A DNA stretch of 64,000 nt from an uncultured Methylomirabilota bacterium (GTDB taxonomy: Bacteria; Methylomirabilota; Methylomirabilia; Methylomirabilales; 2-02-FULL-66-22), in contig CAWJSJ010000002.1 in NCBI GenBank assembly GCA_963845565.1, positions 1,280,001-1,344,000 of the forward strand, written 5' to 3'. Of this stretch, positions 1 to 11,411 are shown one piece after another. The position numbers and the translations under genes are program-made. The notes under the pieces are model-generated. The model did no database searches and was not told the origin of the DNA. It was given only the letters and a program-made list of their open reading frames with translations. The first letter of the stretch is position 1, and every line of letters starts with the position of its first letter.

Positions 1-1474
1 CGGTTCGATGTCGCCGGGCCGGGCCGCTCTCGCCGGGGTGCGAATCCGCCGCGGTGTTGGGTTCTCGCTTCCGCCGCCGGGCGGCGATGGCCTTCAACGC
101 CGCGTGGCGGTACAGATCGGACAGGGTGGGATAGTTGAACATGGTCTCGGCCATCTGCCAAGCGTCCGCCGCATTCCGCAGATATGCCTGGCCGATGTGC
201 ACCAGCTCGCTGGCGCCGGTTCCGATCACGTGCACGCCCCGCAGGCGGAGGGAGTCGGTCTCGCAGAGCAGCTTCAGGACGCCGTCGGTGTCGCCGAGAA
301 TCTGCCCCCGGGGGTTCATCTCGTAGAGGCCGTGGCCCGCGACGTAATCCACGCCCTGGCGCTGCAGTTCCTCCTCCGTCTCCCCGATGAAGCTCACCTC
401 GGGAATGGCGTAGATCGCGAACGGCAGGATCTCGGTGCGGCCCCGCGGACCCGGCACATTGAAGGCGTGGCGGATGGCCTGCCGGCCTTGCTCTGCCGAC
501 GTGCTGGCGAGGGCGGGGTAGCCGATCACGTCGCCGACAGCGTAGATGTGGGGGTGGGTCGTCTGGAAGAACTCATTGGCCTCCAGAAGCCCCCGCGCGT
601 TCGGCCGGATCCCGATCTGCTCCAGCCCGAGGTCGCCCGTGTTCCCGTCCCGCCCCACGCAATAGAGCAGGGTGTCCGCCTCGAGGACGTTTCCGTTCCG
701 CGTGTGACACCGGACCGACGGTCGCGGCCCGGAGATCTCCTCGATCCGCTGATATTGGTCCTGCTGGATGATGAGGATCCGGAGCTTCTTCAGGCTCCGC
801 ATGAGGAGATCGGCCATCTCCCGGTCGAGGTACGGCAGGAGGCGGTCCCGCGTATCCACCAGCGTCACCTGGATGTCGAGGGACGCGAAGATCGTCGCAT
901 ATTCGACGCCGACGACGCCGGCGCCGAGGATGATCATCGACTCGGGGACGCGGGTCAGGCGGAGGATGGTGCTGCTGTCGAAGACGGTCTCCCCATCGAA
1001 ACGGATGTCGGTGGGCCGGTTCGGCCGCGAACCCGTGCCGATGACGATGACCTCGCCCCGGACACGGAGGCGCTCCCGACCGTCCCGGCCCGTCACCGCG
1101 ACGGTGTGGGGGTCGAGGAAGCGTCCGTGGCCTTCGATCACCTCGATCGCGTACCGGTCCAGAGTTTGGTTGATCAGTTCCAACTCGCGCTGCACCACGA
1201 CCCGTTCGCGATGCATGAAGTCGGCCATGGTGATGCGCTCCGCGATGTCACAGCGGATGCCTTCGATCTTTCGGGTGGTGAGGCCCAGGACGAACACGGC
1301 GCTCTCGCGGAGGGTCTTGCTGGGGATGGTGCCCCAGTTCACACACGTCCCGCCGACCACGTGCTCGCGCTCGATCAGAGCGACCCGTTTTCCGATGCGG
1401 GCGGCCTGGACGGCCGCCCGCTCGCCCGCCGGCCCACCGCCCAGGATCACCACGTCGTATTGGTTGGTTCCCAT
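1..1474 (-). CDS. sthA: Soluble pyridine nucleotide (Si-specific NAD(P)+) transhydrogenase, 3' end beyond the window edge
   Basis: Manual translation from ATG at 1474: MGTNQYDVVILGGGPAGERAAVQAARIGKRVALIEREHVVGGTCVNWGTIPSKTLRE...GAGVVGVEYA...YAVGDVIGYPALASTSAEQGR...FNYPTLSDLYRHAA. It has the FAD dinucleotide motif and the single-Cys CxxxGT motif typical of SthA. It is missing from the ORF track because there is no stop codon inside the window. Confidence 0.88.
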   Translation of the reverse strand, partial: MGTNQYDVVILGGGPAGERAAVQAARIGKRVALIEREHVVGGTCVNWGTIPSKTLRESAVFVLGLTTRKIEGIRCDIAERITMADFMHRERVVVQRELELINQTLDRYAIEVIEGHGRFLDPHTVAVTGRDGRERLRVRGEVIVIGTGSRPNRPTDIRFDGETVFDSSTILRLTRVPESMIILGAGVVGVEYATIFASLDIQVTLVDTRDRLLPYLDREMADLLMRSLKKLRILIIQQDQYQRIEEISGPRPSVRCHTRNGNVLEADTLLYCVGRDGNTGDLGLEQIGIRPNARGLLEANEFFQTTHPHIYAVGDVIGYPALASTSAEQGRQAIRHAFNVPGPRGRTEILPFAIYAIPEVSFIGETEEELQRQGVDYVAGHGLYEMNPRGQILGDTDGVLKLLCETDSLRLRGVHVIGTGASELVHIGQAYLRNAADAWQMAETMFNYPTLSDLYRHAALKAIAARRRKREPNTAADSHPGESGPARRHRT

Positions 1475-1640
1475 GCGCCTCTCCCGCACCTCCGACGAAA
1501 GGGAAGTGGTCAGCGGCTACCGGGACTCGGTGCGCCGGTTAGGAGCCGTTACGAAATAACTTGTCCATCTGTTGTCATTTCGTTACGGCTCCTTATGCCG
1601 TTCCCGAAATTCTCCGGTCAAGTCATTCTTTGACAACGGC

Positions 1641-2756
1641 TCATGCGCCGAGGAGATCCAGCGCTTTCACCAGAGCCTCGACGAAGAAATACTCGCCCCA
1701 CATCACCGACTCGTTGACGCCGAGCCCCTTCCGGATGTGGTAGGCGCCGCGCTTCAAGACCCCCTCCCAGCCGGGCGTGCTGCGGCCCAAATACTCGTCG
1801 CCGGTCAGCGTGTCAAGGATCTGCAGCGCCGTGTCGCGGTACAGCCGGGATTTGGCCCGGAGCGGCGTGAAGGACGCCAGATCCAACAGGCCCGAGGCGG
1901 CGATGGCCGCCGCGCTGCTCTCCGGCTGCCGGTGCGGACCCGTGGCGGCCTCGAAGTCGTTGGGCGGCACGCCGTGGAGCGGTGTGCTGTCAATGTAGTA
2001 GTCCGCGTTCAGTTCGGCCGTCTCCAGGAACCGGCGGTCGCGCGTGTACCGGTAGGCGGTTCCGAAGCCGTAGAGCGACCAGGCCAGTCCCCGGGCCCAG
2101 GAGGAGTCGCCGCGAAGTCCCTGGTGCGTACTCTCGCGCAGAAACTCCCCGGACTCCAGGTCGAAGATGCCCTCGTGGACCGTGGAGCCGTCCCCGCGCA
2201 CCAGGTATCGGCGCGTAGTCAGGCAGTGCTCCATGACGCGGTGTTGCAGATCGGCGTCCTGGGTCTCGCGGGCCGCATAGAACATGATCCCCACATTCAT
2301 CATGATGTCGATGAAGGTGGATTCGGGTCCGATGAAGGAGCTGAGGTATCGCCCCTTCTCCTTGAAGCGGAGGCCCATGGTCTTCCCCGCCTGGATCAAC
2401 ACCGCACGGAGAGTCGCGTCCCGGGTCAGGCGGTACCAGTGGTGGTAGGTGGACATGAAGACGAAGCCGAGGTCGTGCACCTCCCGATCGTGTTGTCGCG
2501 GCTCCAGCGGCCGGGAGTACCGCTCGGCCTGCTGGCGGAACCACGGGTCCCCGGTGCGGATGTGGATCAACCACATCATGCCGGGGAAGAAGCCGTCGCA
2601 CCAGTGCGTCCAGGCTTCGCCCTGATGCTTCCATTTCCCGTCCCGCGTGTACATCGGGTAGAAATCGGGGTATCGCTCGACGGTGTTTCGCACTTGGCGC
2701 CCGGCGAAGTCGAGCGCGTCCTTGAGCGTCGGAATCAGGACAGCCGTGTCGATCAT
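1641..2756 (-). CDS. Glycoside hydrolase family 88 (unsaturated glucuronyl hydrolase-like)
   Basis: Motifs [33 protein letters not shown]...[26 protein letters not shown] and [10 protein letters not shown] are typical of GH88/UGL. Confidence 0.85.
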   Translation of the reverse strand: MIDTAVLIPTLKDALDFAGRQVRNTVERYPDFYPMYTRDGKWKHQGEAWTHWCDGFFPGMMWLIHIRTGDPWFRQQAERYSRPLEPRQHDREVHDLGFVFMSTYHHWYRLTRDATLRAVLIQAGKTMGLRFKEKGRYLSSFIGPESTFIDIMMNVGIMFYAARETQDADLQHRVMEHCLTTRRYLVRGDGSTVHEGIFDLESGEFLRESTHQGLRGDSSWARGLAWSLYGFGTAYRYTRDRRFLETAELNADYYIDSTPLHGVPPNDFEAATGPHRQPESSAAAIAASGLLDLASFTPLRAKSRLYRDTALQILDTLTGDEYLGRSTPGWEGVLKRGAYHIRKGLGVNESVMWGEYFFVEALVKALDLLGA

Positions 2757-3013
2757 GGGCGACTCCTTCTCGACAATGCGGGAGTGACCGGAACGGAGAT
2801 GGGGACCTCGCGAGGGTCACGCAACGGGCGACCGGACCGAGGGTAGCAGACCACCCGAGGGAGGGTCAAGGAACGGCTTCTGGCTTGACGCGGCTCCGGT
2901 TCTGGGCGATGCTTTCCTCGGGCACGCCGGGCCCGCGCTTCGATCACGGCCACCGGGTCGGCCGGTGGCGACGCGGACGGGTCGGCGCTGCACCATTGCT
3001 CGAGGGGGTGTCC

Positions 3014-4057
3014 ATGGGCAGCACAATGAAAGCCCTGGTGAAGAGCCGGCCGGAGGTCGGCCTCCGGATGGAAGAGGTGCCCGTCCCCGAGCCGGGAATC
3101 AACGACGTCCTGATCCGCATCCTCAAGACGGGCATCTGCGGCACCGACCTCCACATCTACGCCTGGGATGCTTGGGCGCAACAGACGATCCCGGTGCCGA
3201 TGGTCGTGGGGCACGAGTTCGTGGGACGCGTGGAGCGGGTGGGGAGCAACGTCACCGGATTCCAGCCGGGGGATCTGGTCAGCGGCGAGGGGCATCTCGT
3301 CTGCGGCCGGTGCCGGAACTGCATGGCGGGCCGGCGCCACCTCTGCCCGCACACCCAGGGGGTGGGAGTCAACCGCCCGGGAGCGTTCGCGGACTATCTC
3401 TGCATCCCGATGACCAACGTCTGGGGGGCGAGTCGTCAGATTCCGCTGGACGTTCTGGCGTGTTTCGATCCCCTCGGCAACGCCGTGCACACGGCGCTGA
3501 GCTTCGACCTCCTCGGCGAGGATGTGCTGATCACGGGCGCCGGTCCGATCGGCTTGATGGCCACCGCGGTGGTGCGCCATGCAGGCGCGCGCCACGTGGT
3601 GGTCACCGACCTGAACCCGGGGCGACTCGGGCTCGCTCGCCGGATGGGCGCGACGGTTGCGGTGGACCCGCGCGCCACGCCGCTCGCCGAGGTGCAGAAG
3701 CACCTGCGGATGAAGGAGGGCTTCGACGTCGGCCTCGAGATGTCGGGGAGCGAGGCCGCGTTCGGCGACATGCTGGCAAATCTGTGCCACGGCGGCCGGG
3801 TGGCTTTGCTGGGGATTCCCGATCGGCCCATGTCGGTGAACTGGAACCTGATCATCTTCAACGGACTGACGATCAAGGGAATCTACGGTCGCGAGATGTA
3901 CGAGACCTGGTACAAGATGACGGTGATGATCCAGAGCGGCCTCGACATCACACCCGTGATCACGCACCGCTTTCCTGCGGATCGGTACGAGGAGGCGTTC
4001 GCTGCCGTCCGATCGGGACAGGCCGGCAAGGTGGTCTTGACCTGGAACGAGGAGTAG
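3014..4057 (+). CDS. tdh: L-threonine 3-dehydrogenase
   Basis: MKALVK...[30 protein letters not shown], Zn motif [15 protein letters not shown] and [14 protein letters not shown]; lies next to kbl. Confidence 0.96.
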   Translation: MGSTMKALVKSRPEVGLRMEEVPVPEPGINDVLIRILKTGICGTDLHIYAWDAWAQQTIPVPMVVGHEFVGRVERVGSNVTGFQPGDLVSGEGHLVCGRCRNCMAGRRHLCPHTQGVGVNRPGAFADYLCIPMTNVWGASRQIPLDVLACFDPLGNAVHTALSFDLLGEDVLITGAGPIGLMATAVVRHAGARHVVVTDLNPGRLGLARRMGATVAVDPRATPLAEVQKHLRMKEGFDVGLEMSGSEAAFGDMLANLCHGGRVALLGIPDRPMSVNWNLIIFNGLTIKGIYGREMYETWYKMTVMIQSGLDITPVITHRFPADRYEEAFAAVRSGQAGKVVLTWNEE

Positions 4058-4060
4058 GCC

Positions 4061-5242
4061 ATGTTCTCGTCGCTACGCGCGCATCTTGCGTCCCAGCTGG
4101 AAACCATCCGCACCGAAGGCTTGTGGAAGGGGGAGCGCCTTCTGGCGAGCGCCCAGGGGGCCCGGATTGCCGTCCAGGGACGGGAGGTGTTGAATCTCTG
4201 CGCGAACAACTACCTGGGCCTGGCCAATCACCCGGAGATCGTCGCCGCAGCCAAGGCGGGCCTGGACCGATGGGGGTACGGACTCTCGTCCGTCCGATTC
4301 ATTTGCGGGACGCAGGACATCCACAAGGAGCTGGAGCGAACGCTCAGCGAGTTCCTGGGAACCGAGGACACGATTCTCTACTCGTCGTGCTTCGACGCCA
4401 ACGGCGGTTTCTTCGAGGCCCTGCTCTCGGAACAGGACGCCATCGTGAGCGACGAGTTGAACCACGCCAGTATCATCGATGGGGTGCGGTTGTGCCGCGC
4501 CCAGCGTTTCCGGTATCGCAACGGAGACCTCGCCGACCTGGAAGCGCGGCTGTCCGAGGCCCGCAGTGCCCGCTTCCGCGTCATCGCCACCGACGGCGTC
4601 TTCTCCATGGATGGCGCCATGGCGCCCCTGGCCGGAATCTGCGCCCTGGCCGAGCGATACGAGGCCCTCGTGCTGGTGGACGATTCCCACGCGACCGGTT
4701 TCGTCGGCCCGGGCGGACGCGGAACCCACGAGCAGGCGGGTGTGATGGGGCGCGTGGACGTGCTGACCGGGACGCTGGGCAAGGCGTTGGGCGGCGCCAG
4801 CGGAGGGTACGTGAGCGGCCGTCGGGAGATCATCGAGTTCCTGCGGCAGCGCTCGCGCCCCTACCTCTTCTCCAACACGGTGCCGCCGGCCGTCGTGGCC
4901 GGGGCGCTCAAGGCCATTGAACTGGTCGAACGCGAGCCCGCGCTCCGGGCGCGCCTGTGGGAGAACACGCGGTATTGTCGCGGACGCATCGCCTCGCTGG
5001 GCTTCACGGTCACGCCGGGCGACCACCCGATCATCCCGATCATGATCGGCGACGCTGCCCTTGCCCACCGGATGGCAGCCCGTCTGCTCGAGAAGGGAAT
5101 CTACGTGGTCGGTTTCGCCTACCCGGTGGTCCCGAGGGGGACAGCCCGGATCCGGGTTCAGATGAGCGCTGCCCTGTCGCGAGAGGAGCTGGACTTCGCC
5201 CTGCGCGCCTTCGCCGACGTCAAGGCCGAGCTTGGGGTCTGA
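4061..5242 (+). CDS. kbl: Glycine C-acetyltransferase (2-amino-3-ketobutyrate CoA ligase)
   Basis: [39 protein letters not shown] lysine in [14 protein letters not shown] and [11 protein letters not shown]. Confidence 0.96.
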   Translation: MFSSLRAHLASQLETIRTEGLWKGERLLASAQGARIAVQGREVLNLCANNYLGLANHPEIVAAAKAGLDRWGYGLSSVRFICGTQDIHKELERTLSEFLGTEDTILYSSCFDANGGFFEALLSEQDAIVSDELNHASIIDGVRLCRAQRFRYRNGDLADLEARLSEARSARFRVIATDGVFSMDGAMAPLAGICALAERYEALVLVDDSHATGFVGPGGRGTHEQAGVMGRVDVLTGTLGKALGGASGGYVSGRREIIEFLRQRSRPYLFSNTVPPAVVAGALKAIELVEREPALRARLWENTRYCRGRIASLGFTVTPGDHPIIPIMIGDAALAHRMAARLLEKGIYVVGFAYPVVPRGTARIRVQMSAALSREELDFALRAFADVKAELGV

Positions 5243-5295
5243 CCGGTGGGATGATCCGTGCACCACACGACGACCAGAAACGGAGGAGGACATTC

Positions 5296-6441
5296 ATGGC
5301 AGAGATGACATCTCGCGAACGTGTGCTGGCGGCCCTCTCGCACCGGCAACCGGACCGCGTTCCGCTTGACCTGGGCGGCACCAGGAACTCCACCATGGTG
5401 GTGGAGGGTTACGAACGGCTCAAGGCGCATTGCGGGATCGTGGCGCCGACGAAGATCATCGAGCGAATGATGCGGGTGGTCGAGGCGGACGAAGGGGTCC
5501 TCAGGACCCTTGCCATCGATACGCGGGGTGTGTTCCCGGGGGGGCCGACCCGGGGATTGGCCGCCGACCTGGGGCCGAACCGCTACCGGGACATGTGGGG
5601 AGTCGAGCGGACCCAGCCGGCGGGGAGCCTCTACTACGACCTGGCGGGATCGCCGCTGGCCGGCGACATCGCGATCGCCGACGTCCTGAAGTACCCGTGG
5701 CCCGATCCGGATGATCCCGGCTTCACCGACGGGCTCAAGGACCGCGTGCGCTGGATCCGATCCCACACGGATGCGGCCGCCGTGCTGGCCCTCCCCGCCG
5801 CGTTCGTCCATATCAGCCAGTACCTGCGGGGCTTCGAGGACTGGTTCTGCGATTTTGTGGTTGATGCGAAGCGACTGGAGGTCCTGTTCGACGCCATCAT
5901 GGACGTCACCATGGCCATTGCCCGACGGCAACTCCTGGAAGTCGGCCGAGAGGTGGATGTGGTGCTCACCTCGGATGATCTGGGGTCTCAGAGCGCCTTC
6001 CTGGTGAGTCGGGAGCACTACCTCAAGTACCTCAAGCCGCGCCAGCAGCGGTTCTTCCGGCAGATCAAGGAGTTGACCGACGCCAAGGTCGTGTTCCATT
6101 CCTGTGGCGCGGTGGCCTCGATCATCGACGACCTGATCGAGATGGGCGTGGATGGTCTGAACCCCGTCCAGCCGCAGGCCTCGGGGATGAATCCGGCGGC
6201 GCTGAAGAAGGCGTACCGTGGCCGGATGGCTTTCTGGGGCGGGACGGACGCGCAGGGCATTGTCCCGCGCGGGAGCGTGGCCGACGTCAAGCGGATGGTC
6301 GAGCAGTTGATCGACGATGTGGGCGAGGGGGGTGGCTACGTCTTCTCCAACTGTCACAACATTCAGCCGGACGTCCCGCTCGAGAACGTGCTAGCGATGT
6401 TCCAGCACGCGCGAGAGTACATGCCTTCGTACGCCAGGTGA
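5296..6441 (+). CDS. Uroporphyrinogen decarboxylase / MtaA-CmuA methyltransferase family protein
   Basis: MTSRERVLAALSHRQPDRVPLDLGG, SDDLGSQ, FHSCGAV, LNPVQP and GGGYVFSNCHNIQPDVP; RBS GGAGGAGG upstream. Confidence 0.85.
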   Translation: MAEMTSRERVLAALSHRQPDRVPLDLGGTRNSTMVVEGYERLKAHCGIVAPTKIIERMMRVVEADEGVLRTLAIDTRGVFPGGPTRGLAADLGPNRYRDMWGVERTQPAGSLYYDLAGSPLAGDIAIADVLKYPWPDPDDPGFTDGLKDRVRWIRSHTDAAAVLALPAAFVHISQYLRGFEDWFCDFVVDAKRLEVLFDAIMDVTMAIARRQLLEVGREVDVVLTSDDLGSQSAFLVSREHYLKYLKPRQQRFFRQIKELTDAKVVFHSCGAVASIIDDLIEMGVDGLNPVQPQASGMNPAALKKAYRGRMAFWGGTDAQGIVPRGSVADVKRMVEQLIDDVGEGGGYVFSNCHNIQPDVPLENVLAMFQHAREYMPSYAR

Positions 6442-6512
6442 CGGGGGCTTGAGGACTCGGCGGGCGGCGGAGGCCCTAACCCCCGCCGCAGTGAGACCCG
6501 CAGGAGCGCCAC

Positions 6513-7130
6513 ATGACGATGTTGCCACGCACAGCATGGCTGATCGCAGCAGCGACACTGATCCTCTCCGCCTGCGCCTCGACAAGTCTCGACATGACCT
6601 GGCGGGATCCCGCCTACCGGGGGCGACCCTTCAGCAAGGTCCTGGTGGTGGGGGCCACGGACGACGCGGCGAATCGTCGGATCTACGAAGACGCGCTCGT
6701 CGGCGTGCTCAAGGGGCGTGGCGTGGACGCCGTGGCGAGCCACACCTTGATCCCCGCCGAGAGCCCTGTGACACGGGACCACGTCGTTGAGGCGGTCAAG
6801 ACCTGGGGTGCCGACAGCGTGATCTCCACGAGGTTGATCGGCATCGAGACCAGGGCGACCCAGATGCCCATGCGGGCCGTGGGGCAAACCGGTGCGGATC
6901 CCTCCCAGGATACGGACCTGTTCGGCTACTACTCGTCGATGGGGTCCCAGCCAACCGTGCTGCAGGACTACGGCGTCGCCAGCCTGGACAGCAATCTCTT
7001 CGACGCCAGGACGGGAAAGATGGTCTGGTGGGGCCGGAGCAGCGCCTTCCCGACCGAGGACATTGCCGTCCTCAGCCGCGAACTGGCCGAGAACGTGACC
7101 AAGTCCCTGAAATCCGCCGCGCTGCTGTGA
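6513..7130 (+). CDS. Predicted lipoprotein (DUF4136-like)
   Basis: Signal peptide with lipobox LSAC; WRDPAY...KVLVVG...RRIYED and LFDARTGKMVWWG. Confidence 0.7.
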   Translation: MTMLPRTAWLIAAATLILSACASTSLDMTWRDPAYRGRPFSKVLVVGATDDAANRRIYEDALVGVLKGRGVDAVASHTLIPAESPVTRDHVVEAVKTWGADSVISTRLIGIETRATQMPMRAVGQTGADPSQDTDLFGYYSSMGSQPTVLQDYGVASLDSNLFDARTGKMVWWGRSSAFPTEDIAVLSRELAENVTKSLKSAALL

Positions 7131-7160
7131 CCCACCGCCACCCGCCCCGTCACGCGTCGC

Positions 7161-8447
7161 CTATCGCCGGTGCGCTTGCGGCAGATACCCGGGCAGCTTC
7201 TGCGCAGCGAATATCTTTCGGAGGCGCGCGAACCGCTGGCGCCCGTCCACCAGCGGGACGGCCGGCCAATGGTCGCCGATGAGCGGTCGGGCATAGCGGA
7301 CGAACTCGTCGGTCACGTCAATGCGGCTCTGGGTGATCCAGGCTTGCGGGAAGGCCCGCTCGGAGTTGGCGACCTGCACCAGGGGCACCTTGTCGTAGCG
7401 GACATTGTAGACGGGGCCCGGATCGCGCAGGATCGTGCTCATGTAACCCGAGCCGTCTTCCACGGCGATGAGCGCGGCCTTCTGCCCCAGCTTGTAAGCC
7501 TCCTCCAGGTCCACCGTCGAGGCATACATCATCACCGTGCGCTGGTCCGTGCCCATGACGTTGGCACGGGCCGCGCCGTGCGCCTTGAGGCCGACGCGGT
7601 TCAGGTGGTTCACCACGATCTGGGCGACCGTCATTTCCGAGGCCGAGAACATGGTGTGGCCGAAACTGTCCTTCCGCTCCCCCAGGCTTCCGACGGGGAA
7701 TCCCTCGCTGACGACGACCAGGCAGCGCCCGCTGCGCTTGAGTTCGTCGTTCACCAGATCGGGCATCGCTTCCAGTGTCAGCCCCGATTCGGCCAGGTAA
7801 ATCTGCAGGGGCATCTCCCGGTCCGGATCGGCGAGCCGAGCCGCCGCGGGGATGAAACCGATCTTTCGCCCCATGGCCTGGATCACCAGCACCGGATCGG
7901 CGGGGGACGAGCCGGCATTTTCCTCATTCGCCCCCTGGACATTCAGCGCCCAGTAGCGCGCCACGCTGCCGTAGCCGGGGGTGTGATCGATCAGTCGGAA
8001 CTCGGCGTCTCCCACATCGTTGTCGATGGTCTTCGGGCCGCCCACGGCGATGACGTCCAGGCCGCGTTCCCGAGCCAGGACGGCGACCTTGTTGGCCGTG
8101 TCCATCGAGTCATTGCCGCCGATGTAAAAGAAATAGCCGATGTCGTGCGCGCGCAGCACGGCGATGACGCGGTCAAAATCCTCCGTCTGCTTGCTCTTCA
8201 GCTTGTAACGGCAGGTCCCGATGCTGCCCGCGGCGGGGGTGACGCCCAGGAGCGCGATCTCCTCGGCGGGCTGAGCGGACAGGTCGAGCAACTCCTCCTT
8301 CAGGACGCCCTCGATGCCGTGAAAGCCGGCGTAGACGGTGCCGAATCGCTCGGGCATCCCCCGGCAGGTGTCCAGGATACCCCGCAGCGTGTTGTTGATG
8401 ACCGCACTGGGTCCGCCGGATTGGGCGACGATGACGTTCTTGGCCAT
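7161..8447 (-). CDS. Pyrophosphate-dependent phosphofructokinase-family kinase
   Basis: VAQSGGPSAVIN; YIGGNDSMDT (GGxD) and PKTIDND, the PPi-type signature pair; MGR motif. Confidence 0.88.
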   Translation of the reverse strand: MAKNVIVAQSGGPSAVINNTLRGILDTCRGMPERFGTVYAGFHGIEGVLKEELLDLSAQPAEEIALLGVTPAAGSIGTCRYKLKSKQTEDFDRVIAVLRAHDIGYFFYIGGNDSMDTANKVAVLARERGLDVIAVGGPKTIDNDVGDAEFRLIDHTPGYGSVARYWALNVQGANEENAGSSPADPVLVIQAMGRKIGFIPAAARLADPDREMPLQIYLAESGLTLEAMPDLVNDELKRSGRCLVVVSEGFPVGSLGERKDSFGHTMFSASEMTVAQIVVNHLNRVGLKAHGAARANVMGTDQRTVMMYASTVDLEEAYKLGQKAALIAVEDGSGYMSTILRDPGPVYNVRYDKVPLVQVANSERAFPQAWITQSRIDVTDEFVRYARPLIGDHWPAVPLVDGRQRFARLRKIFAAQKLPGYLPQAHRR

Positions 8448-8555
8448 GGCAACACTCCGGTTCGCGTCCTCGTGCACAGGAAGTGGGACGCCGGCGCGCG
8501 ATGCGCCGGCGTCGTGTCCACTGGGCCGGTCAAGAACCACTTCCGCCCAGGCTGC

Positions 8556-10025
8556 CTAGCTCTTCTTCCAGACCGTCGAGGTCACATCGCCGCCGCGCCC
8601 GGTCCAGTTGGTGTGGAAGTACTCGCCCCGCGGCTTGTCCACGCGCTGGTAGGTGTGCGCGCCGAAGTAGTCGCGCTGCGCCTGAAGCAGGTTGGCCGGC
8701 AGGCGCTCGCGGCGGTAGCCGTCGTAGAACGCCAGGGCGCTGGACATGGCCGGCACCGGGATGCCCTTCTGCACCGCCTTGGCCACCACCTGCCGCCAGC
8801 CCGCCTGCGCCGCCCCGATCTGCCGCTTGAAATAGGGGTCGAGCAGCAGGTTGGTGAGGCCGGGGTTCTTGTCGAAGGCGTCCTTGATCTTGCCCAGGAA
8901 GGCGGAGCGGATGATGCAGCCGCCGCGCCACATGAGCGCAATGCCGCCGTAGTTCAGGTTCCAGCGGTACTCCTTGGCCGCCGCCCGCATGAGCATGTAG
9001 CCCTGCGTGTAGGAGATGATCTTGCAGGCGTAGACCGCGTCCTGCAGGTCGTCCACGAACCGCTGCTTGTCGCCCGCGATCTTGGAGGCGGGGACCCGAC
9101 AGCACCTTGGCGGCCGCCACACGCTCGTCCTTCAACGCCGACAGCGCCCGCCCAAGCACCGCCTCGACGATCATGGTCAGCGGAATCCCCATGTCCAGGG
9201 CCGAGATGCCCGTCCACTTGCCGGTGCCCTTCTGCTCGGCGGCGTCCAGGATCTTGTCCACCAGCGGCTGAGCCGTCCGCGTCCTTGACCGCCAGGATGT
9301 CGCGGGTGATCTCGATCAGGTAGGAGTCGAGCTTGCCCTTGTTCCACTTGGCGAAGACCTTGTGCATCTCGTCGGCGCTCATGCCCAAGCCGTCGCGCAT
9401 CAAGTGGTAGGCCTCGCAGATCAGCTGCATGTCGCCGTACTCGATGCCGTTGTGCACCATCTTGACATAGTGCCCGGCGCCGTTCTCCCCCACCCACTCG
9501 CAGCAGGCATCCTCCCCGCCGTCGGCCCGCTTCACCTTGGCGGCGATGGCCTGGAAGATGGGCTTGACGTGCGGCCAGGCCGCCGGGGATCCGCCGGGCA
9601 TGATGGAGGGGCCGTGCCGCGCCCCCTCCTCGCCGCCCGACACGCCGGTGCCGATGTACAGCAGCCCCTTGGACTCCACGTAGGCGGTGCGGCGGATGGT
9701 GTCCTGGTAGTTCGAGTTGCCGCCGTCGATGAGGATGTCTCCCGGCTCCAGATGGGGCAGAAGCTGCTCGATGAACTCGTCCACCGGCTTGCCCGCTCTG
9801 GACCATCAGCATGATCCGGCGGGGCGGCTTCAGCGCGGCGACCAGCTCCTCGAGCGAGTGCGCGCCGATGACCTGGGTGCCCTTGGCCTCCTTGGCCAGG
9901 AACTCGTCCACCTTGGAGGTGGTGCGGTTGTACACCGCCACCGTGAATCCGTGGTCGTTCATGTTCAGGACCAGGTTCTGACCCATGACGGCCAGGCCGA
10001 TCAGTCCGATGTCCGCTGTGCTCAT
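8556..10025 (-). CDS. gnd: 6-phosphogluconate dehydrogenase, decarboxylating; three +1 frameshifts (about 9798, 9271, 9092), probably sequence artefacts
   Basis: Four consecutive frames join into a complete Gnd[22 protein letters not shown] / IDGGNS...GVSGGEEGA...[19 protein letters not shown] / KGTGKWT / WRGGCIIRS...[12 protein letters not shown]. Confidence 0.93.
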
Positions 10026-10102
10026 GGTGCGATCCTTTCCTGTGCGTTGCCCCAAGCCGAAGAAGCCATCCAACCGTCCAGGCGGAACCGGAGACTCAGG
10101 AC

Positions 10103-10184
10103 AGCCACAAGAAGCACAAGAGGAACTACACAGGGGGTCTTCCGACTCAGGGCTTTGTCGTGAAATCTTGTGCCTCTTGTGGCT
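10103..10184. repeat. Palindromic element with 19-bp arms built of 9-bp units
   Basis: AGCCACAAGAAGCACAAGA (10103-10121) and TCTTGTGCCTCTTGTGGCT (10166-10184), one mismatch. Confidence 0.85.
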
Positions 10185-10204
10185 AACCGAGCCCCTGGCC
10201 CTGG

Positions 10205-11101
10205 CTATTTCTTCCAGGGCGGCGTACTCGGCAGAAACGTCTCGAACTCGGCGATGAGGGCGGCCTCGTACTCGCCCGCGTACCTGCTGGCCGTGAAGCG
10301 GGCCAGGCCTTCCTGGTAGAAGCGCTCCCAGGACTTCTCCTCCTGGCCGGGGTTGATCGGGAAAAAGAGCACGCCATTCGCCTTGGCCGCGTCCATGTCG
10401 CCGGGGGCGTCGCCCACCATCAGGATACGATCAGCCGGGTACTTGTCCTTGGCGGCCCATGCCAGGTGCTGCTTCTTGCTGCCCATCTCCTGGCCGGCGA
10501 TGACCCGCACGTACTTGGCGATGTCGTGTTCTTCCCACTCGCGGACGAGGGCTTCGGTGGGTGTGGCCGAGACGACGACGACGTCGGCCTGACTTTGGAG
10601 GGACTGCAGGCTCTCCCGCATGTAGGGGAACGGGGGCACGCCGTGGACCATGTCGGCGACGGAGGCGTTGACGGCCTTGCTCCAGCCGAGCGCCTTGTCC
10701 AGCTCGGGATCCGGGTGCTCGGCCATGTACGCCGTGAGCCCGGCGTCGCTCAAGGGCTTCCCGGAGGCCATGAACTCGCGCACCCGCTTGGCCTCGGTGA
10801 TCCGGGCCCCGCGCGCCTTGACCTCGGCCCGCTCCTGCAGAAGGTCAAAGACCATCGTCAAGGCCGGCCAGCGATTGATGCCGCGCCACTTGCTGTACAG
10901 GTTGACGAACTCGGCCGCCTCGCGGGCGTATTTGGAGACCGACTGGAGGTCCCACCACTTGATCGTGTTGGGGCAGAAACACTCCTTGTGTTTGATCTCC
11001 ATCGAGTCGAACGCACAGCCGTCCGAATCAATCCCGACGAAGAAGGGGCGTTGCGGCCGAAGATCGGCCAGCGGCTTGGCCGCAGCGGGGACGTTGCTCA
11101 T
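10205..11101 (-). CDS. HAD-superfamily hydrolase/phosphatase
   Basis: Motif I GIDSDGC, motif II VVVSAT, Lys in GSKK and motif IV MVGDAPGD. Confidence 0.88.
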   Translation of the reverse strand: MSNVPAAAKPLADLRPQRPFFVGIDSDGCAFDSMEIKHKECFCPNTIKWWDLQSVSKYAREAAEFVNLYSKWRGINRWPALTMVFDLLQERAEVKARGARITEAKRVREFMASGKPLSDAGLTAYMAEHPDPELDKALGWSKAVNASVADMVHGVPPFPYMRESLQSLQSQADVVVVSATPTEALVREWEEHDIAKYVRVIAGQEMGSKKQHLAWAAKDKYPADRILMVGDAPGDMDAAKANGVLFFPINPGQEEKSWERFYQEGLARFTASRYAGEYEAALIAEFETFLPSTPPWKK

Positions 11102-11411
11102 GTGGGTTTCTCCTTGTCGTGGTTGGTGCCGTGCAGAAACACGTCGGGCTAGGTGATCGGGACCGTTCCGGGGATGTGCGCGGCGCTCGCAACCGCGTCA
11201 CGACCGGCTCTCACCGAACTGCATCGGTTCCGAGGATGCCGCAAGGGCGCCCGCGGTGTCAAGCAGAAACCCGGACGGCACGCCCCGGAAAACGCGTGGG
11301 GAAAGCACGTGGAGCCTGGGCGCGGAGGAGCTCCGCGACAGGCGCCGGGGTGCCGGTGGCACCCCACACCGCCAGCGGCGGATCGCCCGCCATGCGACGG
11401 CGACCCGCCGG

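Noticed and set aside
8..1633. 541-aa plus-strand ORF and the many other long antisense ORFs (e.g. 7170-9323, 48756-51440)
   Set aside because: They are shadow ORFs opposite well-supported genes in GC-rich DNA and carry no recognisable motifs; here the real gene is sthA on the minus strand.
8556..10025. Programmed frameshifting or true pseudogenisation of gnd and the other split genes
   Set aside because: There are no slippery heptamers and no nonsense codons or decay; the uniform +1 wobble pattern is better explained as a consensus artefact.
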